From the human T2T-CHM13v2.0 reference genome, Homo sapiens, in the NCBI RefSeq assembly GCF_009914755.1, contig NC_060936.1: a stretch of DNA of 64,000 nucleotides; one strand, given 5' to 3'. Shown here one piece after another: positions 13,936 through 27,160 of this stretch. The first letter of the stretch is position 1. Every line of letters starts with the position of its first letter. The position numbers were made by a program, and so were the translations under genes. The notes under the pieces are model-generated. The model was not told where the DNA came from, made no database searches, and saw only the letters and a program-made list of their open reading frames with translations.

Positions 13936-14167
13936 ATAAAATGATAACTTCTCTCTAACCAATGTTCTAATTGCATTGCACTATGTTCTGTTTTCACTAT
14001 TATTTAGGTTAAATATTTCCAAATTCTTTTGCGATTTTTGAACCATGAGTTATTTAGTATTTGAAATTGTTCAATTTTCAAATACTTTAAGCCCCCATTG
14101 TTCAGCTCTCACTTATAAGTAAGAACATTCAGTGTTTGTTTTCTGTTCCTGTGAGATTAAAATCCAT

Positions 14168-14207
14168 TTTACGAGACAGGCGCTTTAACCAACTAAGTGA
14201 TAGAGCC
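14168..14207 (-). pseudogene. Tailless retropseudogene of the 5' half of tRNA-Thr(CGT)
   Basis: The reverse complement GGCTCTATCACTTAGTTGGTTAAAGCGCCTGTCTCGTAAA is the tRNA-Thr 5' acceptor strand, D-arm and anticodon loop (CGT at 14173-14171). It is flanked by the 14-bp direct repeat TAAAATCCATTTTA (14158-14171, 14212-14225). Confidence 0.88.
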
Positions 14208-14229
14208 ACGCTAAAATCCATTTTAATTG

Positions 14230-14552
14230 ATTTTAATTTAATATAATTGTGGTGATCTCTCTATGATTTTATTCCCCTTAAATATATTGGGACTTATTTG
14301 ATGGTCTAGAATATGGTCTCTCTTGGTGATTAGTCAATGTGCACTTGAAATAAATGCGCATTCTGTTGTTTTGTATGAATGGTGTTCTATAAATATCATA
14401 GGCCACGTTGGTTGTTAGTATTCTTCTGATCTTCTATATCCTTACCAATTTTCTGTATTCTATAATTAACTGAGAGAGGAGAGTTGCATACCCAATTATA
14501 ACTTTGAATCTGCCTATTTCTCCTTTCAGTTCTATTGGTTTTGGTTTTGGTG

Positions 14553-14599
<47 letters not shown>

Positions 14600-14860
14600 T
14601 TTTTTTTTTTGTATTTTGAAGCTCTGTAATTGGGTACAAATACAATTAGTATTGTCACATATACTTGATGACTTGATCCTTTTAAAACAATATCTCTTAA
14701 TATCTCTAGTAATATTTCTAGTCTTAAAGTTTACTTTGTCTCATACTAATAGGTCCACTACAGTTTTCTTATGATTAGTGTTCCCTCTTTGCATTCTTTT
14801 ATTTATTTACTATTTTTGTCTTTCTATTTAATGTGCATTTTCTGTATAGAGTTTTATAGT
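14230..14860 (-). mobile_element. Old L1M ORF2 (endonuclease region) fragment with (TG)n
   Basis: ORF 14434..14658 resembles L1 EN (PNYRASKY..ELKGEI..IIG..TLLS). A (TG)n tract lies at about 14557-14593. Confidence 0.7.
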
Positions 14861-15789
14861 TCTTCCCCTTTTCTGTTATTAGCCCTACCACTGCTGTTTT
14901 CATCTCCATGCTTTTGCTTACTGAAGCCTTCACATGACTCAAAGAATTGAAGAATGTTTTGCAACTCACAAAAATGTGTAACAGAATTATGTGATCTTCA
15001 GCTCTTTTTAATTTCTAGCCACAGACATATACTCTTAACACAGACATATACTCTTTTGTTTGCTTGTTTTCAAATACTGCTTAGAATATGGCTTGTCTTT
15101 TTCTCGTACATGCTTCCTGAACAACCCCAAATATGGACAACACTTTTCTTCATTCTGGTATTCTGCTTGGTAACTTAAACCTCAGCAGCCACATTATATA
15201 AGATGCATGGAGCTACAGGAGGCAGTTTAATGAGCTGCTTTGCAAAGCCTAGCAAGTTTCTCAGTTTTTAAATTTAATTTTCCAAGTTAACATTAGCTTC
15301 ATATGCAGATAATATTGGTTTTAAAAATACAGAAATATATTTCTTTTCCCTTAGAAATGTGGAAGAAGAAAGAGGAGAACTGGTTTGGCAGTTTTGTTCC
15401 ACAAAGTATTTGAGAATTTAGGCTCCTTCCATTTCACCAATCTGTTTTTTCTAGTCTTCAAGATTTAAGAGGGTTCCAGGCAGTGGAGCAGAAGAAGATG
15501 GGGGGAAAAAACAGCAAAGGGCATGTTTTGGCTGCTTTTAATGAAGCTTCCTGAAATCTACCAAGTGACAAAGTTCTACCTTCTTCTTAGGGAAGCTGAT
15601 AAATGTAGTCCTTTTTCCCTAGAAGGCCATATACCTTAAAAATGAAGGCTGAGGCAAGACAGTCCTCTGACTTCTTTATCTTACTTTGTATTTATTTACC
15701 TTACCCAAACTGAATGATGTCCTGCATTTATTTATTTATTTATTTTTGGCCTGCGCTGTCTTTTTCACTACTTGCCAATGAATTTCATG

Positions 15790-15990
15790 TGAAATACTGG
15801 ATTCCTGGCTTTTCTTGAAAAAGCTGACAGATCTAGCAACAATGGGATATGTGTCCACCAGGAAACAGCTGGAATTGAGTACAGCCTCCCTCTCTAAAGG
15901 AGGCCTTCACTCTGCAGATAGCAGAGGTTGCTGGGCCTTCCTATTCCTAATCCACTGGCCAGCTGCCTGGCCCCACAGGCATTTGTTGAT
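15790..15990. mobile_element. hAT-Charlie fragment (MER58B-like)
   Basis: CTGGATTCCTGGCTTTTCTTGAAAAAG..AGATCTAGCAACAATGGG...CTGGCCCCACAGGCATTTG. Confidence 0.55.
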
Positions 15991-16253
15991 ACTGCTCCTG
16001 TTTCACACCCTTTCCCCAGGGCGATGACTGCCAGGTTAGCTTATACTTCATAGCTAAGGAAGGTCACTAGAGAAGTGTCTTGGGTCACTATGCAGCTTTA
16101 ACACTGAAGCTGGTTATAATTTAGTTTAACATGCCATGTATAGTTTAATTTCTCTTTTACTAAAAGATATTTAGACTGCTTCCAATTTTTATTACATAGA
16201 ATTTTGTATATACTTGTATGTATTATATATGTTCTTTATATATTTTATATACA

Positions 16254-16558
16254 CAGTTGGCCCTCCATATCTTTGAGTTCCACATTTGCTGATTCAACCA
16301 ATAGCAAATTAAAAATAGTTGGAAAACACAGTAAAAATAATACAAATTTTAAAATATACTATAACAACTATTTACATAGCATTTACAGTGTATTAAGTAT
16401 TATAAGTAGTCTAGAGAAGATTTAAAATATACAGCAGGATGTGTGTAGGTGATATGCAAATATTACTATGCCATTTTATATAAGGAACTTGAGGATCAAT
16501 GAATTTTGGAATTCACAGTGGGTCCTGGAACCAATGCCCCCATACCAGGTACAACTGT
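16254..16558. mobile_element. MER2 (Tigger-family MITE)
   Basis: CAGTTGGCCCTCCATATC...GATTCAACCAA...GGTCCTGGAACCAATGCCCC...ACAACTG with CAGTTG/CAACTG termini. Confidence 0.85.
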
Positions 16559-16749
16559 AGTATTATACATATACACAGACACACTGTATCTACCTCATAT
16601 GGTGTGTCAAGAATTCTAATTACATAACCCATGTAAAGCACTTAGGCGAGTGTCTGAAACATATAAGAACTGCTAAATTAAGAAAAGTCTGAAAGATCAG
16701 GTTTTAGAGATTATAGGCACTATGACATCACCAATATATAAAAAAAATA

Positions 16750-17510
16750 TATTTAATCAATTCCAAGCTGAAGTTTTTTTTTATATTTTAGCATCTGTAA
16801 CATTGGGATGTGTCTTATCATTGATGATATCTCACAATTATGGTCATAAAAAAGGCTTTTTTTTCAAGTACATGACCTTGTGTGAGTGCTTGAGAACTTG
16901 GTCATGACATTAGTACTGTGCTCACGACAGCTAAGTAACAAGCATGGCCTACAATTGGAGAACCACACCTAATGGTGTTTACATCCAGAACATCTTGATT
17001 ATATTATGAACTGGTGTTTATTGAAAAAGCTACTGTGTATGCAAAAACACATAAAAGCAGCAGCAGTGCATATATTTTATATTGGTGAAGTAAATATTCA
17101 GTGTTGAAGAAATGACTGCAAGTACCAAAAGTTGCTGAATGGATGTCAGAGATTTGGAAGAAAATATGTGAGACTAAAATGTGCTCCATCATCTGCTGTC
17201 TTTATGGCTCAGAGAATTAAGAACACTAAGTACTCAGAGTCAAAAACTGATTTATAAGAGAACACTGAGTCAAAAATGATTCACAAAATGAAGAGGATTT
17301 AGGCATACCTCAGCCAATTTATTTCATTTATATTTTTCTTTTTGCATGCAAGAGTAATATATTTCTAAGTACATCTAAAAGAGCTCTTTTGCTAAAGAGA
17401 AAATTTATAAGTGGTAAGAAAACATTGTCTGTAAAATTGATACCTTTTTCTAAGTGATACGTACAGTAATGGTATATCTAACATATATAACATCATAGAC
17501 TGATGAAATC
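16750..17510. mobile_element. TcMar-Tc2 (Kanga/MER104-like) DNA transposon relic
   Basis: TTTTAGCATCTGTAACATTGGGATGTGTCTTA...GAATGGATGTCAGAG..TGGAAGAAAAT...GATGAAAT. Confidence 0.5.
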
Positions 17511-17811
17511 TATAAATGAACAATTTCTTTAGCACTTCAGTGTTTTTAGATCCTGGTCGAGATTTAAAGTCCAAGGAGGGGGGTATGAATAGCCCTGTTT
17601 AAACCACATGCCAGCCTATTGTCCTTGAATAGGGTGGGGTACCTTGATTGGCAGTTCCAACACAATTTAATTCGATAAAGATGGGAGAGATTTCCAAAGA
17701 AATATCAGAATCTTATTATAAAAAAAGGAACACGAATATTGAGCAAGCAATATAATTGGGTTAAAAAAAGTGCATTATGAATTTTGACAGCTTGACCACT
17801 GCCAAGATCTA

Positions 17812-17843
<32 letters not shown>

Positions 17844-18005
17844 CTGAAGCAATTTAAATTAATCAACAGTCATGAGATATAAATTTACCAGAATCTTCAT
17901 CAGCATGATGGCCATACTCTAATTATTGTCTGTTATGTGTTGTTACATATATTTTCCAGTCTGTCATTTTACTTTTAACTTTGCTTGCATGGTGCTTTTT
18001 CATAC

Positions 18006-18376
18006 AGATCATTGTTATTTCGGTATTGTTGAGCATCTAGAACTCCCAACCCATGAAAAGAAAGGGATTTAAGCTCAGCAGAGTATGTTATTTTGAAAGC
18101 AGCCGGTATAACTGGGTTCAGTGCAGCTAGAGAATGGAGACAGATCCTCCAATATGCTGAGGAGATAACTAACTGGACTATTCAAAATAGTGAGTTGGAG
18201 ATTTCACCCTAGGTGTCAACAGAGGGGCAAGCCCTTCGTAGATTACTGAATCTTCATCTCCGTCTTCCCTTATGTTGTGTTGTAAAAAACGATACATAGA
18301 AAACAGACTACACAGGGTCACCCTTGATCCTTGGGGATCCCAAAATTTCCAGAAGGCGTGGAATCCTCTCAAGCCC
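18006..18376 (-). pseudogene. Candidate decayed exon (~371 nt)
   Basis: Acceptor ttcattgtag|, then 65 open codons GLRGFHAFWKFWDPQGSRVTLC...THYFE followed by several stops. Possible donor TCT|gtatga. The segment is CpG-richer than its flanks. Confidence 0.4.
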
Positions 18377-19691
18377 CTACAATGAAGTTAAACAGTCCAT
18401 GTGTATCACCAAACACCCATGTCCAATACTGACTTTATTCCTTTATTTCCATGATCTCTTTCAAAAGAGGGGATCATGAGCATATGGAATTTTATCCCTT
18501 AAGACATCTAGATTTTTTCTGTCTGGGCTAAACTTCAACCTCAGTAGTAAAGCAATAATTATGTAAAGCCAGTATTTATCCCAAGTACTTTTTTATTAAA
18601 TATTCAAAAATGCTAACAGAAATGGAAAATGTGTACATACAACTTTGTAATTTAGAAAAAAAGACCGATAATCATTCAACCAAATATTTTGACTCAGAGG
18701 TTCTTTTTTATAAAATCTGATTTTACTTTTGGTACTTTATAATTGGTGTGTTTATTTTAGTCTGTAAACAAATATTAAGAGAGAGAACAGAACTCTTAAC
18801 TCCCGAAATATAATTTAGAAGACCACATTTTTATTCATACAACATAAAACATTAAATCATGTCTTTATCCTTCATGCTTCATGATGACAATGTGTTTGCA
18901 AACACATACTTAAAAACTCGAAAAATGTTTTGAAACCAAATACCTGAACTAATGCCGAGGAGAGGGAATCATTCTGAAACAAAATGTGTAAAGAATAAAC
19001 GATTGCAACATCAGTCTCCCCACAAGTTTATGGAATGTTCACAGAAAGCAATTCCGAGTTCACACAATAATCCACTTTAAATGCTGGTGATTATGATTTG
19101 TTTGTGATTCTGGAAACCATAAGTACTATTATTTTTGAAAAGCAATTAATATAATACAGCAGTATTAAATGTGTGTCAACAGAATTACTCATTAATATAA
19201 ATGCTTTTCACCAGTTATGGTGAGAGGTGTTGATTATTTGTAGGCAGAGCAAATTAAATTAAATAAACCCTAATATCTAGGGACTTGCCATTTTGCTTCG
19301 TAAGCAAGAGATATTTTAAGTTAATCCTTGAGGTTGATTGGCTGACTGCCATTATTAGATCAAATCCTGGGTTTCTAGTGGGGAAATTTAGTCCTAAGAA
19401 AAAGTTATCTCCTATGGTACCTTAAATGTAGTTGATACAGGTGTCATTTAAATTTCCAGATATAGAAAAATTAAGTCAAACGTTTGAGAATGAATTTTCA
19501 ATACGTCTGGTAGATACTTTATAAACTTTTGTAAAATGCTTCATTAAAAAGTATAAAATAATGACAAAGATTTTGCACTTAATCTGAACTATAACTTATG
19601 TGATTTCCTGTCATTAGCCTAGACTTATAAATAAACTCTATGGACAATTCTTGTGGGCTCAAAGACCAAGATTTGAAGATTATTCAAGATT

Positions 19692-19820
19692 CTTTTTTTT
19701 TTTTATTGAGGCAGAGTCTCACTCTGTCACCCAGGCTGGTGTGCAGTGGTGCGATCTTGTCTCACTGCAAGCTCCACCTTCCAGATTCAAGCAATTCTCC
19801 TGCCTAAGCCTCTCAAGTAG
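19692..19820 (-). mobile_element. 5'-truncated Alu (part of right arm)
   Basis: T-tail followed by GAGGCAGAGTCTCACTCTGTCACCCAGGCTGG...CAAGCAATTCTCCTGCC. Confidence 0.9.
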
Positions 19821-20099
19821 GAAAATAAAAAAAAAAAGATTGTTGTTAGCCCTAACACCAGAGCTTTGTCGACAAGGTCATCATCATTTGAAGTCAGTTT
19901 TAATGTGTTTTCACAAGTTATTTTTGTAATTCTATTCCAAATTCTCAAACTTGTCAAATCACAAGATGATATATAATACGTCTTGCTTTTTATGAAATGA
20001 CAATTTTCAAAAGTGACCTAGATAAATAACTTAAAAGAGAGATAACACACTTTAGAGAAACATTTCAAAAAACTTTCTGCATGGAACATACTGGTTTCA

Positions 20100-20290
20100 A
20101 ACCAGCACTGCCCCCTCAAACATTCTGAGATGATGGAAATATTCTATATTTGCACTGTCTAAAGGGGCAGCCACTAGCCAGTGAGAACTTGAAACATACC
20201 AGTGTGAGGAGAAACTAAATGTTAAGTTTAATTATTATTAATTTAAATTAAAATGGCCTCATGTGACTCATGGCATGTTGGATGTCAAAG
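20100..20290. mobile_element. MER3-like hAT MITE
   Basis: TTCTGAGATGATGGAAATATTCTATATTTGCACTGTC..GCAGCCACTAGCCA...AATTTAAATT. Confidence 0.75.
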
Positions 20291-21429
20291 CTCCAGGATA
20301 TAGATTTCCTATTCGAATAGCCATGATCACTCATCATTTGTTAATCATAAGAAAGAGGAAACAGTGAAACTATATCAAAGCAACTCAGCTCTTCTGGGTC
20401 GCAATGAATATGGACACTGAATTAAATCATCCCAAAATGGTGTCAAGAATTCTGGTAATGAATAATCCAGTCCCATCAATTAATGTGTTAAATCACTTTC
20501 CCAAACAGAATTATATATTAATCACTTCAGACAGTGGTGTTTACTTATAAGGTTAACACCACTTACCTAGTAATACACATATAGATATGTGTATTTATGA
20601 GTCTGGCTTGGAAATCAGTTTCCCAGAGGTACTCTCAGTCATTCAACTGTTATTTTGCAATTTTTGTTAATATAGAATAAATAGAAAATGCTTTTATTAC
20701 TTGTACTTTATTACCCATACCTATTGTAACAAATGCATATTTATTGATTATAAAAATTTGCATGTTTAAAAAAATCCAAGCCATACAACATAAAAAATAA
20801 AGTTAAAAAATTCTATCAACTAGAAATAATTGTTAAATTTGTTACCTTAATTCCAGACATCTCCATTCATAAAGAAACATAGAGGTATAGATAACTAGAT
20901 TGAGATCAAACTAATATTATTAAAATAGAATTGTACTTGCTATTTTCATTTTCAAAATTATGACATGCTATTTTATTTTAATTTAAAATTTAAAAGTGAA
21001 CAATGCTGCATTAAAATGAAATGAATTGTTGTTAAATTTTTAGTAATTGTTTCTTCATCAAAAAAATACCATGACCTAAAACATTCATCTAAATTAAATT
21101 TTAAATGATCACCACAAAATTTAAGTTGTTAAGTCATTTTTTTCTTTTTAGCTAAATATCTCAGTTGCAGGCAGTAGATGAATGGCTCCTATGAAGACGA
21201 GGAAATGAATGTTCAAACACTGCCTCCTACCACCCCTCTTCTTTCACCTAAAATTAGTGATCCTGTTTTTGTTTTTTGTTTGTTTTTATTTCATTTTATT
21301 TTATTTTAGTTTAGTTTAGTTTACTTTGTTCTGTTTTAAATTATATTCTGAAGGTATATCACTTACACTCTATTCTGTAATATTTGGATTCTTAATGATA
21401 ATTCAAGCACAATATGACCAGCTTTCAGC

Positions 21430-23075
21430 TCTCCAGTAGATTAAAACTTGCTCTTCCTAATGTCTTGGCCATTTGGGTCATAAGCAGCTTCAGGCTTCCA
21501 CTTGCTCAGTCCATAAAACTTGAAGTCATTCAACATTCTTGAGTCCTCTCCATCTCCCTCACTCCAATTCCAGACCATATTCTGCTGGCTCTACCTCCTA
21601 AATGTCTCCAGAACCTGCCCACCTTCCAGCACCTTCACTGCCATAACTTGGTCCAGGTCACCATCCCTCGCCCTCAGATCCTTGCACAGTCTGCCACCTG
21701 GCCTTCCTGCTCTGCTCTGGCCCTGGCCCCTCAGTCACATCTCAACACAGCAGACAGAATGATGCTCTTACAAAGACAATACAGTGATTTTAACCCTTTG
21801 AGCAAAACACTTCAAAGCCCTAACGTTGGCCTAGAAAGCCCAATGCAATTTTGCCCTGTTACTCATTTCATCCCATCTCCTACTATTTCACTCCAGGCAC
21901 ACCGGCCTTCCCAACTATACCAGGTATGTTCCCGCCTTATGCTTTTCGTACTTGATGTTTCTTCTTTCTGGAACCACTTTGCTTCAGACTCTGTCACCAT
22001 GAAAGATTTACTCAGATGCCAACTTCTCAGGGTGGCCTTTCCTGACCACCCCATTGATTGATTGATTTAAATATTTTATTGACACAAGTATGTGTATATA
22101 TTTATGGGTTACATGTGATGTGATATTTTGTTACAAGCATAGGCTGTATAACCATTAAGTGAGGATGTTTGGGATGTCCATCTCAAGGATCTATTATTTT
22201 ACATGTTGGGAACATCTCAAGTCCTCTCTTCTTGTTATTGTGAAATATACAATGCATTGTTGTTAACTATAGCCACCCTCTCTGCTATCGAACATTAGAA
22301 CTCATTCCTTCTATCTAACTGTGTGTTTTTACCCATTTACCAACCTCTCTTCATCACCATCTCCCCAACACCCAAACACCCTTCCCAGCCATCATCCTAC
22401 TGGTAACCATCATCCTACTCTCTAACTTCATGAGATCAACTTTTTAAGCTCCCACATATGAATGTAAACATGCAATATTTGTCTTTCTGTGCTTGACTTA
22501 TTTCATTTAACATAATGCCCTCCAGTTCCATTTATGTTGCTGCAAATAGTAGGATTTAATTCTTTTTTATGGCCAAATATTATTCCATTGTGTATATATA
22601 CATTCCATATTTTTTTCTATTCATCTGTTGACAGACACCACTCGGTTGATTCCATATCTTGTTATTATGAATAATGCTGCAATGAACATGGTAGTCTATG
22701 TACCTCTTTGATATACTGACTTCCTTTCCTTTGGATAAATTCCCAGCAGTAGGATTGCTAGACTGTATGTTAGTTCTGTTTGCAGTTTTTTGAGAAATTG
22801 CCATACTGTTCTGACCTCCCAACTTAAATCACAGTCCTCTCTTCAAACTTTCCATCCATTTCTCTCTCTAGCTTGTTTTTCTCCATAGAACTTATCACCA
22901 TCTGACATATTGTGCATTTTGCTTACTTTGTTTATTGTTTGCCATCCCCTTATTAGAATGTTTCCACAAGGGCAGGAAAATTTCCCTGTTCTGTTCACTG
23001 TTTTAGGTTCAGTGCCTGGGACAATAGTGTCATATAGGAACTTGATATTTGTTTACAGAAAAAAATTGAGTGAAT
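21430..23075 (+). mobile_element. L2a 3' region interrupted by an L1MA
   Basis: CTGCTGGCTCTACCTCCTAAATGTCTCCAGAACCTGCCCACC...CAGCAGACAGAATGAT. It resumes at about 22816 and ends in TGAGTGAAT. Confidence 0.75.
22065..22812 (-). mobile_element. L1MA 3' end
   Basis: CATGAGATCAACTTTTTAAGCTCCCACATATGAATG...GATTCCATATCTTG...TTTTTGAGAAATTGCCATACTGTT. Confidence 0.85.
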
Positions 23076-23199
23076 AATTGCTGCAGGATTTTTTAATGGT
23101 TTTTGTTCTTGATTATTCATATCTCCTATTTTTATATAAATTCAGCCCCTCACCGTATTGCCACTGTTTATATATTTCTGAATTGTCTGGAGATTTTAA

Positions 23200-23780
23200 A
23201 ATTTTCTGTTGCGATGTAGCAAATTACTGCAAACTTAATGATGTAACACAATACTCATCTAATAACTCACAGTTCTATAGGTCAGAAGACGGGCACAGCC
23301 TCCCTGTGTCCTCTGCCAAGGGAATCACAGGCTGAAATCAAGGTGTCAGTCAGGGTGGGTTCTCATCTGGAGGCTCTGGGGAAAAGTCAGCTTCCAAGCA
23401 ATTCTAATTGTTGGCAGAATTCTCATCCTTGCTTACTGAATGTCAGCTGGGGCCGTTCACAGCAACTAGAAGCTACTTGGCTGCCTTGCCTTCTGTCTTC
23501 AAGCCAGAAATGTTGAACCACTTTCTTCTCGTGCTATAAATCTCTGGCTTTTTTCTTCAGCAACGAGTGGGAGAAAGCACTCTTTTTAAAGGTTTATGTG
23601 ATTAGGTCACACCCACTTGGAAAATCTTCATATTGTAGGAACAACTGACCTGGCACCTTAATTATATGTGTAAAATCTGTGTACCTAGATTGGTGTTGAA
23701 TTGAATAACTGGGAGAAGGTGTGTGTATTGCAGGGGCTGGGAACCTTAGAGGGGCATTTTAGAATTCTACCTACCTCAGA
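23200..23780 (-). mobile_element. MLT1E/F-like LTR
   Basis: CTCACAGTTCTATAGGTCAGAAG...GGCTGAAATCAAGGTGTCAG...GGGGCATTTTAGAATTCTACCTACC. Confidence 0.75.
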
Positions 23781-24949
23781 TTTCAGTATAAGATTTTTTT
23801 CTTCTTCTCCCAAGAAAGGTTTGTAAGATCTGTATTCCTGAATTGCTGCAAACTTGAGAAACTTGTCTCCTAATGGGGCAAACAATTATTTACTTTTTTA
23901 CCAACCAAAATGCTATAGACCTTGCTCCTCATATTTCCTGCTATTAGCTGTCTCACTGATTTTTGCTACTAGTTTTCCACTCTTCTTCTGATTTTCTGGA
24001 TTTAATCATTCGGTCATTTGGGTTGTGTTTTTCCAAGAAGTAATCATGGGCACAGTAATTCCTGAATTTTTTTAGTATTTCCAAAATGCTTGTTCAGTGA
24101 ATAAAAAAAAAAACAAAACTGGCCATAATATTCATTCCTTCAAGACTTTGTGAACATGATCTGTTATCTTCTGATACTGATTATTGTTGTAAGAATGTTC
24201 AAGTCCAGCCTGATCTCTTTGTTGGTAACTTTCTTTTTCCACATTCATGCCGAAAGTTTAATAACAGCCAGAACACATCTTGATATTTGCATCTTTCACA
24301 TAAACTTTTAAAATACAGATTTAGCTCTTACATCAAATAAATTATTTTCTATTATATCTTCAAATCACTTTATTTGGGGGCTTTCTACTTCAAAAACACC
24401 AATTATCATCCACAAGCATATTTGTCTTCTTTTCTTTTAAAGGACTTCCAGCTTTCTCTTAGGTTGTTAATTAGAACTTTTTCTTTCTTTGTTCTCTTCC
24501 TTTCTGCAAATTCAGAACAGAGTCCTATAGAATATTGAGGCCTGGTGACATTTTTTTTTTCCCAGCCAGAACACAGCAATGATAATTGCTCTGTCTTTCA
24601 CAGCTCTGCCCTTGTCTTTCAGAGCTTTCCTCCAAGCTCCCACTTTCCCCTGCATCCACTTCTCATTAAGTAAACATTTCCTGAATTTTTTCAGCTTTTG
24701 AGTATCACATTTGGCACATTTGGGAGGTAACAGCAGGGATAGGTTTGGGAACAGTACTAAGACCTGAAAGAACATCTTGTTTATTTCCTTTCTGTTACTT
24801 TTTAAGACAAAGTACTAAATTATACCTTTCCATTGTTGGGTCTCTCTTGGTGAGATTGTTTTTCCTAATTTTGAAGTTTTTGCTTGTTTACTGATTTGCA
24901 TGTTTGCTGTTTGTTTAGTATATTTTTACCTTTGTTATTATGATGTCGA

Positions 24950-27160
24950 AGGCAAAGAAAATGATCAATAAAATATAATTGTACAACTCAATAAATTATT
25001 ACAATATGAATATTTCTAGGATGGATAATTTTCAGTAACCAGAAATTCTCCTCCTCCTTATTATTTCCTTTAAAGGTAACCAGTATCCTGATTCCTAACA
25101 CAATAGTTCATTCTTGCCTGTCTTAAATGTTATATGAGTGAAATAACAAGGTATGTATATTTTTTCTGGTTTCTTTCAGGCTATGTTATATTTTTAAAAT
25201 TCGTCCGTCTGGCTGCATATAACTTACTTGTTTTGTTTGCTCTTTAGTATACCATTGTTTGAGTCTACCATAATTTAGGTATTATTTATGGTCATTTGGA
25301 TTATTTCCAGGGTATGCCTACTACAAATATTTGAGCCGTGGACATTATAGCATGGTCTTTGGTACATGTGTTTACATATTTTTGTTGGATATATTTAAAA
25401 GTGAATTGAGTCACATGATATGCATATGGTCAACTTAATAGAAAGTGCCAAATTTCTTTCCAATGTGGTTAAGCTAATTATACTAATTCACACTTCTACA
25501 CTTTTATGAGGACTACTATCACTCAACATACTCACCAACACTTAGTATTGCCAATCTTTTTACTTTTAGCCATCTAATGGGTGTGTAATGAACCTGTACA
25601 TAGGTTTGTTTCCTATTTTGCTGATTAAAAATGAAGTTGAACACTGTTCTGAATTGAGTGTATTAAATTTAGCATCCCTACTAAGATATTTTCTGTATGA
25701 CAGAGGGTAAACCAGAGACTACAGTCCTAACAACCGCCTGTCTTATTTTGCATTGAAGTCTAACATTTAGAGGCAATTCCTAGAAGGGAAGGGAAGGTCA
25801 TATTCTTCAGAAGAGGTTGTAGCAAGACTCATAGGCAGACATTAGATTCATAGAAGCCTGTTGAGAACTATTATATGGAGAACACAAACTCTTGGGAACT
25901 ATTGGCTTTACTGATGTAGACTGAGAGGGTGGGAGCTTCTCTGAGCTCTACTCTTCCAGCTCTCTAAATGTTTTTATAAGCTTCTAATTCCCTCTAATAA
26001 AGCCCTTCACACCTGGAATACATAGAGTAGCTTCTGTTTTCCTGTGCAGATCCCTGATGCTATATATATTCTGTCATATGTATTGGCCCTTGAGGTATTT
26101 TTGTGAGGTGCTTGTTCAAGTCTCTTGCCTTTTTCTCCTTGCTGGGTTGTCTTTTTCTTAATGATTGGCAGGTGTCTTAGTCAGCTTGGACTGCCATCAC
26201 AAAATATCAGACTGGGTGGCTTAAGCAGCAGAAATTTATTTTCTCACAGTGCTGGAATTGAAAGTCCATGATCCAGGTGCCATCAGGGCTGGATTTTAGT
26301 GAGGCTCCTTCCTGGTTTCCAGACAGCTGCCGTCTCACTGTATCCTTAATAGCCTCTTCTCTGTGTGGGAGTGGCAGACTCTGTTTTGCTCTCTTCTTAC
26401 AAGAACATCAGTCGTATCATATTAGGACCCCACTCTTATGACCTTAAAGGCTGTATCTGCAAACACAGAAACATTGGAAGTTAGGGCTTCAACATATGAA
26501 TCTTCAGAGGACACAATTCAGTCTGCAATCGTAGGAGTCCTTTATATTATTCATAAGTTCAGTTATAGATGAAGAAAATAGTTATCTCACTTTGTAGCCT
26601 GTTTTTCAGCCTCTCAAATGGTGTAGTTTGATTAAAAGTACTTAATTTTGAAGTAGTTAATGAATTTATGATTGTGTTTATGTTTTATTTTAAAAGTTAC
26701 TTCCTAACAATAGTCATGAAGATATTCTCCTCTGTTATCCTTATTTAGATGCTTTATTATTTTGCCTTCCATATTTATGTCTAGTGTCTACCTAGAAATA
26801 ATTTTTTGGTAAGACATCTTTCCCATATAGTTATCCAAACAACCTAGTACTCTCTATTGACTAGAGTATTCTTTCTTGTATTTCTCTAAAGTACAAATGT
26901 TTGCATAAATCAAATATCTATATCTATGTGAGCCTTTTTCTGGGCATCTATTTCATTGCATTGGTTTACGTGTCTATAGTTGATGCAGCCCCACTCTCTC
27001 TTAATTATCTACCATATAGCAAGTCTTGATATCCATAAAGCAAGATTTCTTACACATAAGAATGTGTAATGCAAGATTGTCTTAGCTACTCTTGTTCTTC
27101 TGAATTTCCATATAAATTTTAGAGTCAGATTTTCAGTTTCCATTTTGAAGCCCTGCTAAT
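24950..27160 (-). mobile_element. Old L1MC/L1ME fragments carrying nested LTRs
   Basis: Degenerate antisense L1 ORF2/3'UTR motifs (CTCACCAACACTTAGTATTG, GTTCAAGTCTCTTGCC, TTCCATATAAATTTTAGA). Confidence 0.65.
26173..26530 (-). mobile_element. MLT1A-like LTR
   Basis: TGTCTTAGTCAGCTTGGACTGCCATCACAAAATATCAGACTGGGTGGCTTAA...GGGCTTCAACATATGAAT..GGACACAATTCAGTC, with a GCAGG/GTAGG TSD. Confidence 0.85.

Noticed and set aside
17815-17843. Isolated A-tract of about 28 nt as a possible solo poly(A) retroposition
   Set aside because: No TSD is visible, so simple slippage is more likely.
18230-18290. REDGDEDSVIYEGL as an EF-hand loop
   Set aside because: The canonical loop spacing and the position-6 Gly / position-12 Glu pattern are not properly met.
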